Source: the human T2T-CHM13v2.0 reference genome, Homo sapiens. Taken from it: a DNA stretch of 64,000 nucleotides. Shown here in pieces: positions 29,111 to 45,904 of this stretch; positions within the stretch are counted from its first letter, which is position 1; every line of letters begins with the position of its first letter. Both the position numbers and the translations under genes were made by a program. The notes under the pieces are model-generated. The model made no database searches and was not told the DNA's origin. It was given only the letters and a program-made list of their open reading frames with translations. The stretch is from the NCBI RefSeq assembly GCF_009914755.1, contig NC_060944.1; one strand, given 5' to 3'.

Positions 29111-29552
29111 ACTAATTTAGGGGTAGAAACAGATAAAACAGAGATAAATTTCAGTGCCATCATACAGTGTTCAAGATCATGGCCCGTGAAGCCAGACTTA
29201 GTTCCAACACCATTTCTGAAACATTCCAGCTTTGTGGAGGAGAACAAAGTTCTTGATATCCCTGAGCTCCAGTTTTCTCCTTTGTAAAATGGGAAGGGTA
29301 ATAGTATTTATCTTAAAGACCCCTCTTAAAGTTTAAGTGAGATATGCTCATAACATGTTCAGCCCAGAGCTCATTATATAGCTTTCCATGAACTGTAGCT
29401 GTTATTACTGTTGTTAATAGCTGAGCCATCATTAGCATTGCTGTTAATAGCTGAGCAGACTGGTTGGTCCAGATTGATCCTAGCAATGGCTGATGAAAAT
29501 GGCTGGAGGATTATCTAGTAACAACATCTAAGCCCATTTACATCTGCGCCTC

Positions 29553-29635
29553 ATCTCTCTCTCTCTCTCTCTCTCTCTCGTCACCTCTCTCTCTCTCTCG
29601 CCATCTCTCTCTCTCTCGCCATCTCTCTCTCTTTC
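29553..29635. repeat. Interrupted (CT)n
   Basis: cgccatctctctct units. Confidence 0.9.
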
Positions 29636-30072
29636 TAAATGTCTAAGTAGAGCAAATGTAAAATTAGATTGAGAAGGAATGGGGAATGATATAATTTAAT
29701 AGATTTTAGAGAATTAGAACCTACTATAAGAAACTATAAGAAATCATTATATTTATTATTTTCTTATTTCAAAAGGAATCTACACATTATTGAAAAATTG
29801 TAGACAACACAGCAGAACAAAAAGAACATAGTAAGTCATCCCTCTGCCCGCCACACAAGAACATACCTGTTTCTCACTTTTGAGTGGGTAGCTTTCCAGT
29901 ATTTTAACTAGGTGGATGTAGAAAATAGAATTATATTGAATACATTGCTTGTGCTAGCTTTTTGCAAGAAAATGTCTATATATTGTCTCTTTAAATATCA
30001 TCTGCAACATCATATTTTGTGGTCCTATTTTATTATATGGATATTTCATAGATTTTTAAAACTATGCATCAA

Positions 30073-30358
30073 GGTTGGGTACGGTGGCTCACACCTGTAA
30101 TCCCAATATTTTAGGAGGCCTAGGCAGGAGGATCACTTGAGACCAGAAGTTTGAGACCAGTCTGGGCAAAATGGTAAGATCTGGTCTCTACAAAAAATTT
30201 AAAAACTAGTTAGGTACAGTGGCTTGTGCCTGTCCTCCCAGCTACTCAGGAGGCTGAGGCAGGAGGATACTTTGGCCCCAGGAATTCAAGGCAGCAGTGA
30301 GCTAGGTTCCCGCCACTGCACTCCAGTCTGGGTGACAAAGGGAGACCCCATCTCTAAT
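30073..30358 (+). mobile_element. AluJ with a TA-rich tail to about 30455
   Basis: Diverged dimer. Confidence 0.88.
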
Positions 30359-31632
30359 ATATATACATATATATATGGTTATATATATTTATTTATATAT
30401 ATGGTTATATATATTTATATTTGAGTTTATATGTATACATAAAACAACAACAAAAAACCTGTGCATCAGCTTGATGCTCAGTCTGTATGCATCAATGACT
30501 ATCTGTTTAAGATAAATTCTTAAAACTTGATTGCTGAATCAAAGTCTGAGAATGCTTTTAAGGATTTGCTTTTCTTTCCAAGCAGCCTTCCAGGAAGACT
30601 TTCTTTTCGAACTAATACAATCTTGGTATTTATTTTCCCATGTACTTAGAAATTCTGGATATTTCAATAAAGAGACATCAGTGGATGGATGGAGAGAGAC
30701 AGAGGGAGGGGAATGCGAGAGAGAGTGAGAGCGAGCTGTGAAGTAGAATTCAAGTCACTGAAAACTTACAGGGCAACATGTCATTGTATTAGTGTTGTGC
30801 GGCTATTCCATTAGATCCCTTTAGGCACCTGAAGAAGTTTGTCTAAGATTGTCTTGTTCGTAGAGCCATCAATTAGCATAAATTGTTTTGTACTTGAAAG
30901 GCGGGTTCTGCATGCTCATGCACATGTTTTTCCATTTACAACCTCCTCATTATTTCCGCTAAAAATTAATCAGGAATATGAGTAAATCGTTTGGATTATC
31001 CCTTTGCAAATTTAACTAGAAAATAATGTCACTTGCTCTTAATTTGCTGTATGCTTAATGGGTTCTATAAAATAAATGTGATTTTTAAAGCCACGGCATC
31101 CTGTTATAGATGGAAATGAGTAAGCTTCAACATGGATCTGAATCTTAAGGAGTTAAACGAGGGATTGTGAAAAGCTTAAAATCAATGTACTTTAGTCAAT
31201 CTCTGATTAGGGGATACCATGCTAAAATAAAACAAATGAAGGCAACATTACTGGCTCACCCTGCCTCGGTTATTGTTTTGCCTTTTCTGGTAATTAAGAG
31301 TGGATCCACATAGCCCTGGCTACATTCCCCACTAGGAATTGCCTTTATATGACTGCTGACTTGCTTCTATGAGATGGCCAAGTTCATAACCGGAGAAAGA
31401 CGGCAAAACTCATATCTGGCCATAGCCTCACTATTAGGAAGTCCTAACTCATTGTTTACTGTCACTGTTGTAAAATTCCCAAGAGTGTGTCTACAGACAG
31501 AATGTTGCACTGTGGGGCCAATACCAGGCTGAAATTACAGCCTGGAGTGAATTGATTTCAGTCAGCCTTATGACCCTCAATCCCAAAACTCATAAAGAAG
31601 GGGCCTGTGGGTCCGATAATAATAGTAACAGT

Positions 31633-32454
<822 letters not shown>

Positions 32455-33127
32455 ATAATAATAACAAAACAAGAATGTGTTATATCTCTGCTCTGTAACA
32501 GACAATGTGTTAAGGACATTTTGTGTAATTTCTAAACCTCATGAAAACTCTTGCATTGAAGACCCCAAACCACCAGCTTAGAAGGTATTAGGGCTCAAAT
32601 TTGGAACAGGTGTGCTGACATAACCCCTGCCTTACACTGTATCTTTGAATCAAGCCCCTAGACACGTTTTCTTTATCCTACATGAGATTAACTCACTGTT
32701 ATTCTGAAAACTCCAAATTAGTGACCAACATTTAAAAATTGAGAGCTAACACATAAATCTCAGATTTTTATATTTTCTTGAAAAGTGCAAAGCTCTGGCA
32801 GTGCTGATCTTGCATCCTGACAAGGCAATGCTTAGATACACCCAGTAGTGTCTGTCCTCACACATCTTTCTCTGGGACCTTGCTACTGATGCTGTGGCTA
32901 ACTGATGTCTATATTACTATATAAATTAATTTTCTATTGCCATGTAACAAAGTACCACAAACTATGCACCATTAAAACAACATCCATTTATTATTTCACA
33001 GTTTCTGTGGGTCAGGAGTTTTGGCATAGCATAGTGGACCTTCCTCTCCAGTTTTTCACAAGCCTGTAATGTAGGTTTCTGTTGGGGCTGCAGTCTCATC
33101 TCAAGGTAAAAGTGGGGAAGGATCCAC

Positions 33128-33450
33128 TTTCTTTTTTTTTTTTTCTTTTTTTTTTTTTTTTGTGTAGAGAAGGAGTCTCACTCTGTCGCCCAGGCTGGAG
33201 TGCAGTGGCGCTATCTCGGCTCACTGCACGCTCCGCCTCCTGAGTTCACCCACCATTCTCCTGCCTCAGCCTCCCGAGTAGCTGAGACTACAGGCGCCTG
33301 CCACCACACCCGGCTAATTTTTTTGTATTTTTAGTGGAGACGGGGTTTCACCTTGTTAGCCAGGATGGTCTCGATCTCCTGACCTCATGATCCACCCGCC
33401 TTGGCCTCCCAAAGTGCTGGGATTACAGGCGTGAGCCACTGCGCCCAGCC
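33128..33450 (-). mobile_element. AluY
   Basis: TSD aaggatccactttc. Confidence 0.92.
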
Positions 33451-33689
33451 AAGGATCCACTTTCAAGCTCACATGGTTATTGGTGGAATTTAGCTACTTG
33501 GGGTTGTGGGATTGAGGGCTACAGTTTCTTGCTGGCTGTTGGACAGAGGCCACTCTCAGCTCCTGGCCACATGGACCTTGCCAGCACAGCCACATACTTC
33601 ATCAAAGCCAGCAAGAGGGCACAATCCTATGTATCACAATCATGGAAGGATTATTTTATTCATCTTATCACTCTGCCATAGTCTGTCGA

Positions 33690-33985
33690 TTTTTTTTTCT
33701 TTTTTTTTGGAGACAGAGTCTTGCTCTGTTACCCAGGCTGAACTGCAGTGGTGCAATCACAGCTCACTGCAGCCTCGACCTCCTCCCACCTCAGCCTCCT
33801 GAGTATCTAGGACTACTGGCATGCATCACCATGTCTGGTTCCTTTTATTTATTATTTATTTTTTGTAGACATGAGGTCTCCCTATAATGTTGCCCAGGCT
33901 GGTCTCAAACTCTGGGTTTAAGCAAACCTTTTTCCTCCGCCTCTCAAAGTGCTGAGATTACAGGTATGAGCCACTGTACCCAGCC
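33690..33985 (-). mobile_element. AluJ
   Basis: cacagctcactgcagcctcgacctcc; TSD agtctgtyga. Confidence 0.88.
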
Positions 33986-34632
33986 AGTCTGTTGACTAAA
34001 AGCAAATCATAAGCCCTGTGCATACAAAGGAAGGGCACCACACAAGGGTATGCCCACCAGGAGGATGAGATCATGGGGCCACCTCAGTGTCTGTCCCCTG
34101 CACTGTGAAACTTTCTGGAATAATATTTACTTAGTGGTTTGATTTTTCACTTTTAAATATTTTTCCTACTTTATGGCACTTGCTAGTAATACGATGTATT
34201 TATTGAACATCTACTATATGCCCAACTCTTTAGTAATAATAGCCACTGTTATTTTTCAGGCCTCCTACAATATAGCAGATACTTTACTTGCCTTTTCTCT
34301 AATCACCACAATAACTCTGAGGTAGATTCATTTGTTCACTCTCATTCATTTGACCATTTAAACATGTTTATTGAGAACCTACTATGTTCTGTTTTGTGTG
34401 GCAGGATACCGTGGCAAGTAGACACTTGAGGCCTATGCTCCTACAGGGCTTACAATGGAAAAGAATATTCATGATCCCTGACCTGGAAGGAATCACTGTC
34501 CTATGATATAGATGAGAAAAGGGATGTTCAGCATGGCGAAGTCATTTGTCTGCAGCTACGTAGCTCATTACTACTGGAGCCAGGAATGCAGGGTGGTTTT
34601 ATCTGGTTCCAAAACTCTACCTCTGGCCATGA

Positions 34633-35003
<371 letters not shown>

Positions 35004-35096
35004 GGTCTCAGCATTTTCAAATGACCTTGATAATCAGAGTACCTTTCAGAAGCATCTATCAATGTATAATATATCTTTTTAAAAAATCACTGTTAG

Positions 35097-35377
35097 GGCT
35101 GAGCACAGTGACTCATGCCTATAATCTTAGCACTTTGAGAGGCCAAGGCAGGAGGATTGTTTGAGGCCAGGAGTTAGAGACCAACCTGGGAAACATAGGG
35201 AGACCCCATCTCTAGAAATATTTAAAAATTAGCCCAGCATGATGGTGCATGCCTGCAGTTCTAGCTCCTGGGAAGGCTGAGGTGGGAGGATGACTTGAGT
35301 CCAGGAGATCCAGGCTGCAGTGAGCTATGATAGTGCTACTGCCCTCCAGCCTGGGCAACAGAACAAGACCTTGTTTC

Positions 35378-35433
<56 letters not shown>
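35097..35433 (+). mobile_element. AluJ with a pure (TA)n tail (about 35385-35433)
   Basis: TSD aaaaatcactgtta. Confidence 0.9.
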
Positions 35434-35437
<4 letters not shown>

Positions 35438-36590
35438 AATCACTGTTAAATGAAATCTCATTTATTTGTGTAGTTTTGGCTTTAGATAGCAGTCTTGCCA
35501 CTTTATTATTTCTCGTCTACATTTCCACTTTAAAAATTCAATGCATTGTTATTATTCACTCTAAAGGGGGTGCTGGAAGAAGTGGGGGTGGGCCTGGAGT
35601 ATGAGGTGGAGCACTAACTGTGAATGAGGCGGGGAGGCGAGGACTGTCTTGCACCAGCTGCCAGCTGCCTTGCTGGAGAAGCCGCAGCAAAACTTCAGGA
35701 CAGCTCAGGCACTCCCCTGAGCAGCTATAGCTATTTTTGCCACCTTTGAGATCAGTGTCTATGACAAAGTCTAATTTTGGAACAAGGCGTGGCAGTGTGT
35801 GGGATATTCCTCATTCCACGACTGGGCTTGTCATTTTTAGACTTTCCTTCAAGGCGAGAGCCTCAAGGTGAAGAATGCCTGCTTTTAACAGGTTTTTCCA
35901 GGGGCTCCGGGTGGGGTGAGGGGGCCCCACTGAGGGGGACGTTCAGGCCCCTGGGTGACTTCTGCCCTGTACTCTGGAGTCCTGATTACACACAGGCTTG
36001 AGAGTTCAATCTGAACTTTTTTTTGTCACTTCTTTGTGTTTCTTTGTTTAAAGGATTGATTTACTTCCAAGCTGGGATTTGCAAATACAATTTGCTAATG
36101 AATTTGTAGAATTCAAGTGGCATTCTTCCATAATTTTTGAAATCAAATTAATTTATATTCAATCTAATTTTAAACGCAATATGCTACACATTTGGCTTTC
36201 TTAGATATAGAAGGCATCAAAGAAATCATAGAGTCAATTTCATTACTATTCAGACACTAAAGTAGACCCTCGCATGGTGGAGTTTTATGTGTGTAAACGC
36301 TCTTTTCACAACTCAGCATCTCCTACTCTCCCTTGTACCTCCCCACCACAAGAAAATCTGTCTTTCCCTCTTCTATTTATGGGCTCTGGTTAATTGGGTT
36401 AACTTATGGATTTTTTAAAATGTGCTGCTTAAAGCAATTATCATTTTCCCCCTCCTGAATTAAGCCCTTTTTATATCCTGGCATATTAATTATCCTTCAA
36501 AAAACTTTTATGAAATACCTATTTGCTACTTGCAAAGCAATGTGTTAGATCTTATGGAGAATATATAATAAAGCATAATTTGTTTTCATC

Positions 36591-36928
<338 letters not shown>

Positions 36929-37713
36929 TAAATAAGGAGTTTTAAATATACCCCTTATGCAACAGTGTAATTCTGTGGGTTCAATTTGCTATGGTCTCTT
37001 TGGATGACCATATTTATTGAAATTAAATCCACACATCTTTTTATTCAACAGTAGTGCTTCTAGGAATTTACTCTGACGTATACTAGCAGAAGTGAAGATG
37101 ATGCGTACACAAATGTTCACGGGAGGACTCCTTCCTTTATTCTTAGATTCCTCTTTTTAACAAGTATTTGCTGAGCCCTGCTGCCCACTAGATAGTATAC
37201 GAGGTGCTGGGGAAATGGCTCTGAAGAAGATGAAGTTCCCATTCTTGCGGAGCTTATTTGTAAGAGCAGAAATAACTAGAAAGAAGTTAAGTGTCCACCA
37301 CAAGGGGACAGATTATGGCACATGATATAACAAGAATTACATGAGGCAGCTAACTAGAAATAGAGGAGATTCATGTATAGTAATGACCACATGAAGAGAG
37401 TCATATATAATCATATCAACGTGTGTAAAGGAAATGAATGGATATGAGGCAGATCTCAAGGTGGATTCTGACACCTTCACTAACGCTATTATAAGTGCAG
37501 AAAATTAACTTATGGCAGGGTACAAATGGATGTGTTAGTGTTGGCTACCCTTTGGGAGCAAGACTATGATTTGGAGAGTCTGGGAAGAGGCTTTCATGTA
37601 TTACTTTATGTCTTTCTCTTTGTTTAACAGTTTTAAATCATGGCTATATAATATATTTTTGGAAAAAGAAACAGTGGTTGAGTTTCTGGCATATGGCAAA
37701 TGTAATTGATTCA

Positions 37714-38106
<393 letters not shown>

Positions 38107-38271
38107 CTACCATCCCATTTTTATGGCTTAGGAGTTTGAAGTGTGGATGCACAGATAGGAAGTGATAAAGCCAAGCTTTAAACCCAGGTGGCCACTGGCT
38201 CCGGTTCCCACACTTGCACCACTATGCTGTACTTACTCATGAATTCTTTAGAAATTAAAAGAAGCTAAATG

Positions 38272-38589
38272 GGCTGGGCACTGCAGCTCACACCTGTAAT
38301 CCCAGCACTTTGGGAGGCTGAGGCAGGATGATCCACGAGGTCAGGAGATCAAGACCATCTTGACCAATATGCTGAAACCCCGTCTCTACTACACATACAA
38401 AAATTAGCTGGGCGTGGTGGCGCATGCCTGTAGTCCCAGCTACTTGGGAGGTTGAGGCAGGAGTATCGCTTGAACCCAGGAGTCGGAGGTTGCAGTGAGC
38501 CGAGATCACGCCATGAACTCCAGCCTGGCAACAGAGCAGCACTCCATCTCAAAAAAAAAGAAAAAATAAAAAAAATAAAATAAAAAAAA
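38272..38589 (+). mobile_element. AluSc-like
   Basis: Full dimer; TSD-like agctaaatg. Confidence 0.9.
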
Positions 38590-39467
38590 GAGCTAAATGA
38601 GATTAACCTACATTTACTAATAGACATTTAACAGAGACCAAACTGTTTATTCAGACAGGATAGATGTGGATGAAACTCAGGCTTCTTCCTTAAATTTGCG
38701 ATGGCTTTGTTCCTGTGTATTAGGGGAAGAAAATCTCATTTTCTCAGCACTTCTGTTTCAGTCTCTTATAACAACGTAATAACTTGCAACGTGCAGGGGT
38801 GTGTTTTAATAGTGCTTTCACCTGATTATTAAATGCTGCCTTAGCTTACACAGCTCCTCCCTGGAGCTGGGAGCTCCTGTCACGGTGCCAGGGATGTTGG
38901 TTGACTCGTGGCTATGCCTCTATTGGAAAAGGAGACAACTTGTTTTGCTGACAGATCGTGGCTTTGTTTATAAACTCGAAAACTAGTTTTAATACTTGAG
39001 ATGGGGGCTCCGTCAGTAGGCAGTACATTGCGACCTTGATGGCGGCAAGGCAGCCTGTCATGCCACGACCCTTCCCTCATTTGGAGATGTTCACTTCAGA
39101 GCATAAAATCACACGTGCATCTGCTTGACCGTGTGGGCGGTGGTGAGTAATCCTATTTCCCAGTGTCGAGCATGGCAAAGAAGAGAGAGATAGAAATAGT
39201 GATGAGGACTGAGAGAAGAAAGAAATCAATTCAGTGCAGTTTCTGATCTGTTTTGGGAAGTCAAGGAGTAAGTTTAAAAACTCTTAAGATTTTTGAAATG
39301 GTGGTAGCAGGGCATGAAATCAAGTACAGGACCCTTCTAAGCACAGAGCCCCGTATGACTGCACACACTGTACTCCTGTGAAGCCAGCCCCAGTGAAGAG
39401 TTATGCCTGGGGAACATACATAAACAGTATGTGAGCAAGCAAATTGGAACGCGTAGTCACCCTAAAA

Positions 39468-39682
39468 CAGCGGTTCTCAATTAGTGGCAGTTTTATTTCC
39501 CAGGAGACATTTGGCAGTATCTGGAGTCATTTCTGGCTGTCAACAATGGGGTCCCATTGGCATCTGGTGGATAGAGGCCAGGAGTGCTGTAAGTTCCATA
39601 CAATGCTTAGGACAGCCCCCCTGCCCTCGACAAAGAATGAGCTTGCCCCAAATGTCAATAGGGCCAAGGTTGAGAACGCTTG
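39468..39682 (+). mobile_element. MER20, near full length
   Basis: cagcggttctcaa...ggagacatttggcagtatctggagtcattt...caaagaatgagcttgccccaaatgtcaatagggccaaggttgagaa. Confidence 0.85.
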
Positions 39683-39893
39683 CTCTTCTGATAGACAGGT
39701 TCTGCTTGAAGCTGGGCCAGAATTGGATGGGTCTGTGTGTTTGGGGTTGAATATCGCTTATGAGCTGTGCAACCCAGCTTCTGTTTGCCTTGTTCACATC
39801 ATATGTAATAAGTGGGTGATACTAATGTCTCTGCCTGGTTTTGTTAGTTCACATGAGCTAGTGCATGTAAGGCAACGAGACGAGGCATAGTAA

Positions 39894-40237
<344 letters not shown>

Positions 40238-43197
40238 AGTGATTTCCTTCTTACTTACACAAACCAATATGAGTTGGGCGAGGAGAAAGAGACTCACCTT
40301 GAAGCAATGGGGATATAAACAGGAAACACCAGGAATTTGAATGATGGAGCCGAGAGCTCTTGTTTCCTTAAGACCCTGATGATGTTTGTGCAGTATTAAA
40401 GAATAGAGCAAGCACAACCACATGTGACTATGAGGTAAGGCCCCTGTCTTCTGTGCAGCTCATAGCCTAGTACTCAGCAGGAATTCCAGAAATACGCACA
40501 GTCAGTTATACCTGCTTTGTAAAGCAAAGTGCAACAAGAAAACAATATGTGAATACATGGTGTAGGCGATTCTGCCCAGCAGCCCACCCCTTCACCCTGG
40601 CATGTGCTTGGCATCTTGTCACAAAAGCACCTGCTTCCACTGAGTGTGAGCCTAGTGTTTAAAGGGACAATCTGATTATATGTGATTTTTATGTTATGCA
40701 TTAACTTTAAAAGCTGACCTCTGAGTAAGTGGCAGCTCCATTCGAGCCTGTAAACCTCTGGAAGGCAGGGACAAGGCCCCATGGGTGTGTAATAAGCTCA
40801 GGGTCTGGCACAGGGCTTAAAGGTTTGTTGAATGAACAAAATAGGGATCAAATAAGTTATTGTGTGAGCCAAGAGAAAAAGAAAAATCGAAGCCAAAATA
40901 CCAAGTCCAGTTCTCTCCTAATGCCCAAACAGGGCACAGGTTCCAGGCAAGTCTGCTTTAAAAGGCCACAGAAAACTCAGTCCCTAAGGATATCTATTTC
41001 AATGTATAGGTGGGGGAGAGAATTTTTTTAGTAAGGAGGCAGAAAAAGTTACCGGAGGCAAAGGGAGCAGTGAATTTGTTTTATGCATGTGGCTGAGAAT
41101 TCAGATGGCTCCGAATAAATTGATGCAAATCACTTTCATTCCCCATGAAAATAACCATTTGAGTGCATCTGGTGCTCGGCAACATGCTGCACTTGGAAAT
41201 TTGGCCCCAAATGGTTGATTTCACTAACAGTCTGCTTTGTCAAAGCTGTAAGCCACAATGGAGGCATTGTTTCTGCCAGAGTCTGCTCACTGTGTAGTGT
41301 CTTTGCTGCATGTTTTTTTTTTTCCCTTAGCAGGAAAGCGGTCTTTCTTTCTTACCCACATTTTTTTTTCTAACATCGAGGAAGTAAGCCTCTACTCACT
41401 CTATTTTCTTGACAGTTTCATAATATTCTGTGATACCTTGGTAACATTTGGATGATAGGAGTACCCATCACTTTTCCTCCAAATGTCAGAACAAAAGAGA
41501 GGACTTGGAGAAAGTAAAGACAGCTCTTTGGGTGGTTCCTGCCAAACATCTGTCAGAGCTGGAATCAGAATTAGGCAGCCCATGAGGACTGGTTCATTAG
41601 AATGTCGGGGAAGACCACATGTTTGGCAGATCGTTAATTTCCACTTGAAAGAAGGCCCCTGGGACAGTGGGGGTCCAAGGGCCTCATAGAGGTTCTAATC
41701 TCCTGTTTTTCCAGATGGTGGGGGCAGCGTCATCTCCTTGCAGCCTAGACGTTTGGCCAGTTGCCATTTCTTTAAGCTTTGGAAATACAGTTAAGGTGCC
41801 TTTTATCATTTGGAACGGAGTAGATTTGAGTCCATCCTTTAGGATCTGTATAATACTCTCAGTACTTTCTATGAGAAATATGTAGAATTGTGTTATGAAC
41901 TGTAGCTCTGGAGTAAGAGGCCAGGTCCTATATCCTGGCTGGACATCTTTACCAGCTCAGGGTCCTCGGGCTACTAACTTTACCACCCTTAGTACTTGTT
42001 CCCCCTTCTACAAAGTGTGGATTATATTAGTTCACAACTTGCCAGGTGAGATAAGGCAGGTGATTTCTTGGCACAGTGCCTGGTACCTATTAAATATAGC
42101 AGCAACCTGAGCTGTTATTATTACTGACTTGTAGTGGGAGAATAAAATGGCAAGGGAAGGCAGATTATAGGGAATCCCCATTCACACAAATGATTCATTC
42201 ATTTCTTCAATCAATTCATCCATCCATAATTCAATTATCCAATCCCTTTTTATTAAATGCCTACTATATGCCAGGAATCATGGTGGGCACGACATCTATG
42301 AGCATATACAAGAAATCTCTGCCTTCAGGAAGGAGAACGCTGCTGCGAGGAGGGTCTTCTCTCCTTTTTAGAGGAAGGAGCACCGTTGTGGAGGCAGACA
42401 ATGATATATCCAAAGCTTGGCTTTCAACTAGCTGTCTGACCAGACACTCTAAAATCCTGGGGGACAGAGAAAGTGTGAAAGTTTTTATTCATTTTAAGTT
42501 TGCAGACCCTGGCACAGTGTGTGGCTTATAAATGATGCCCAGAGTACATACATGGATGGGATGAGGGAATGAATGAGCCGAAGAACACCGAGTGCAGAAT
42601 TCATCGAAAGGGGTGAGGGAAAGAGCGGAGGTTTTTAGGTAGGAAGCATGTGAGCAGAAAACCCAGTTAGGAGGCTTCTTCTAATTGAGGGATAATTAGA
42701 GTTGGAATGAGTGGCTCCATCTGGCTCTTTGCTGAGAGTCTGCGTGCTTTATTTCCTTCAATTTTCACAACTATCCTTGGAGATAGGGACTGGTTTTTGA
42801 ATCTTATTTATTTTTACATAAACACATGTCTGTAAAATTTAACTAACTGCAAAATTATGGTCATATAGATGATGATTAGTGCTCTATTTTTTCTTTTTAT
42901 AATTTGTTTACATGCATTTTCCCCCTCCTGTCTCTTTATTAGCAATTCCTAACCTTGTTAAGAAGTTCACATGTACCTTTCCATGTTTTCCTGTGTACCC
43001 ATATTATCCTGTACAGATATGCACATCTACATATATACATAGACACATACACAGATACATACAAAAGATGGGTGTCGTGATGCAATTGTTTATTTTACAA
43101 AATTGTGATCACAACACACGACTAACCCCTAGTTTTTCCGTTCAACAGTAAACATTTAATGGAAATAGTTTGAAGTCTTGTAGTACAGTTGTAATTC

Positions 43198-43402
43198 AGA
43201 GGTTGACAAACTACAGCCCACGGGTGCAATCTGGCCTATGACTGTTTTTATAATTTAAATTTTATTGGAACACAGCTACATCCTCCCTGTTCATTTATGA
43301 GTTGTTGTTCACACTGAAACAGCAGAGTCGAGTAGTTGGTGATGGTGTGGCCTGCAAAGCCATTTACTATCTGGTCCAAAACAGAAAAGTTTGCCGACTT
43401 TG
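43198..43402. mobile_element. MER58A-like element within an old L1M relic
   Basis: cagaggttgacaaactacagcccacggg...ttttattggaacacagc...atttactatctggtcc...gaaaagtttgccgac. Confidence 0.8.
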
Positions 43403-44019
43403 TTCCTATTCATTCTTTTTGATGGCTGCATGATATTTCAGAGTCTTGATGTAACATAATTTATTAAACGTACGTATAAGAATATCAGATTTTTTGCCAT
43501 TAAAACAATACTCTTTGACTGTGAAGTGAGTCCCTGAAAATAAAAAACAAAACAACACAACAACATCAAAACCAATACCGCAACAATTATCCTTGTACAC
43601 AGTTCTTATAGATTGTTAACCTTATTGAATTGAGTTTGTGAACTTTAGTTAATGGAGTTTTCTAAACTCGGGAGTAGGATTGCTGAATTAAAGGATTTAA
43701 GTCGCTTTTTAAAATATTTAAATCAGTGTTGCTGCCTTGTCTTTTGAAATGCTGGAGTATCTTGCATTTTATTGGACATATTAGTAGATCCATTTCATAA
43801 TGGCAGAAACTGAGGTTCGGTGGGTCACCCTTTAGTTAAGTAGAAAGTCAGGACGGGAACCAAAAGCCCTGGACTGATACTCACTGGGAACTGAAAGGAA
43901 GAAACAGGTTTGGGAAACTTGTCAGAGGTTGAAAGCGGAGAGAGCCTCTAGGGTCTGAGGGTAAATGTGTCTGTGGCGTGGGTCAGGGTGACAGGGTAAG
44001 GGTACGGGAAAGAAAGACG

Positions 44020-44205
44020 CAGTGGATCTCCAACTTACGTGTGCATCACAGTCACCTACAAAGCTTGTAAAGCCACAGATTTCGGGGTTCCACTTGAGTG
44101 TTTTAACAGGCCTGGGGCAGGGCATTGAAATGCACATTTCTGATAAGTACTCAGGCGATGCTGAGGTCGCTAGACCAGGTAACATGCTTTCAGAACCGAT
44201 GCTCT
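44020..44205. mobile_element. MER5A/B
   Basis: cagtggatctccaactt...gcatcacagtcacct...cacatttctgataagtactcaggcgatgctga...ctttcagaacc. Confidence 0.7.
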
Positions 44206-44587
44206 GGAGTGAATTTCAGGATCTGGCCCCTTAGTCCTGAGAAGAACAAAAAGATGTATAGTCTCAAGAAGTGTGACCGTCTCAAGAAGAAACAAGGGAT
44301 GGAATGGGAGCTACAGAAATCATAGCATGCACCTTGTGCTTCTCCACCCTTCATGATACAACGGTTCACAGTGAGACATACTCACTGATCAGTAATCACA
44401 TCCTGTGCTGAGAACAGAGTCAATTCAGGCATACTTTTCTACTTGTTTCATCACATCGGCGCTAGCCAGCTTTTAGTGTGTGTTAGCACTATATGTTCAC
44501 AAGGTTGCGAGTGTTTAGGGAAACAAGAACAAGTTGTAAGTGATTATGTTCTCTCATTGGAGAAAATTGGATCCTGTTAAGAATTCA

Positions 44588-44905
<318 letters not shown>

Positions 44906-45904
44906 CTAAGAATGACTTACTCTTCTCATCAGCACGTGGTTGCCCCACGATTATCACAAAACTTGTTCAATAACATCTGCATCTCTGTTCCAGAGGAACT
45001 GGTTACTGCCACTTAGCATAGCAATTAGTATATTACGCAGTTTGTATCGATTAAATGAACCTGCTCCGTCAAGCAGAACGAGCCCCCCAAAATGCAGCTA
45101 ATGTGTTTTTCTCAATAAATTATGCCCCTCACCAAACCATACAAGATGCATTTGTGAGAACTTTAGGAAGGTATTTTATAAACCTCAGAAATACCGACTT
45201 TTCAGACTTGGTAAATAGATTACACACTGCACAAGCACATTTTTTATTTTTAATGTCTTTTAGAAAATGGATTATCTATGATCATCATTCTTTTTTAAGG
45301 GAGACCATTTGGTCTGAGTCTTGTAGAAATGCAGGGAACATTTTAAGATTGAGTTAAAAGCATACTTAATATTCATGAAATATTTTGAATACTTCTTTCT
45401 AGAGACTCAAAATTATGTTTGGTTTCTTTGAGGACTCTGCTGCTCTCCTTTGAATTTCCCCTGGTTTTCATTTTCTAGTGTCATTTGGAGAAAAACAAAA
45501 GGGTTGGGGATAGTGCTGGGGGCAGGACTTATAAAACCACAGTGTATGAAGTGGGAAGATATTTCCTCTTTATAAGATTGCGCTTAGAGGAGTAATGCAC
45601 TTAACATATCCCTCAGTGCCTCATCCACAGATACAGAGTCCTTGAAACCGGTGAATAGAATACTGTGCAAGTGAGCGAGGAAGCTGTGATTTATTTTGAG
45701 ATGCATTAATTTCAAAATAAAGCACTTGGATTAAAAGATTCTATTGGTAACATGATATAAAATATAAACAGTGCAAAAGAACATACTCTATAAAACAAGT
45801 CTCTGTCCCATCGTCCCAGACACCCAGTTTACATTCTCTGAAGCACTTTACCAGATTCCTTTGAATCTTTCCAGAATATAAATTGTTTAATAGATATAAA
45901 ACAT

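Larger units (their letters stand above)
32915..34105 (-). mobile_element. MLT1 (E/F-like) LTR split by two Alus
   Basis: tattgccatgtaacaaagtaccacaaact...aaaacaacatccatttattatttcacagtttctgtgggtcaggag. Confidence 0.75.
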
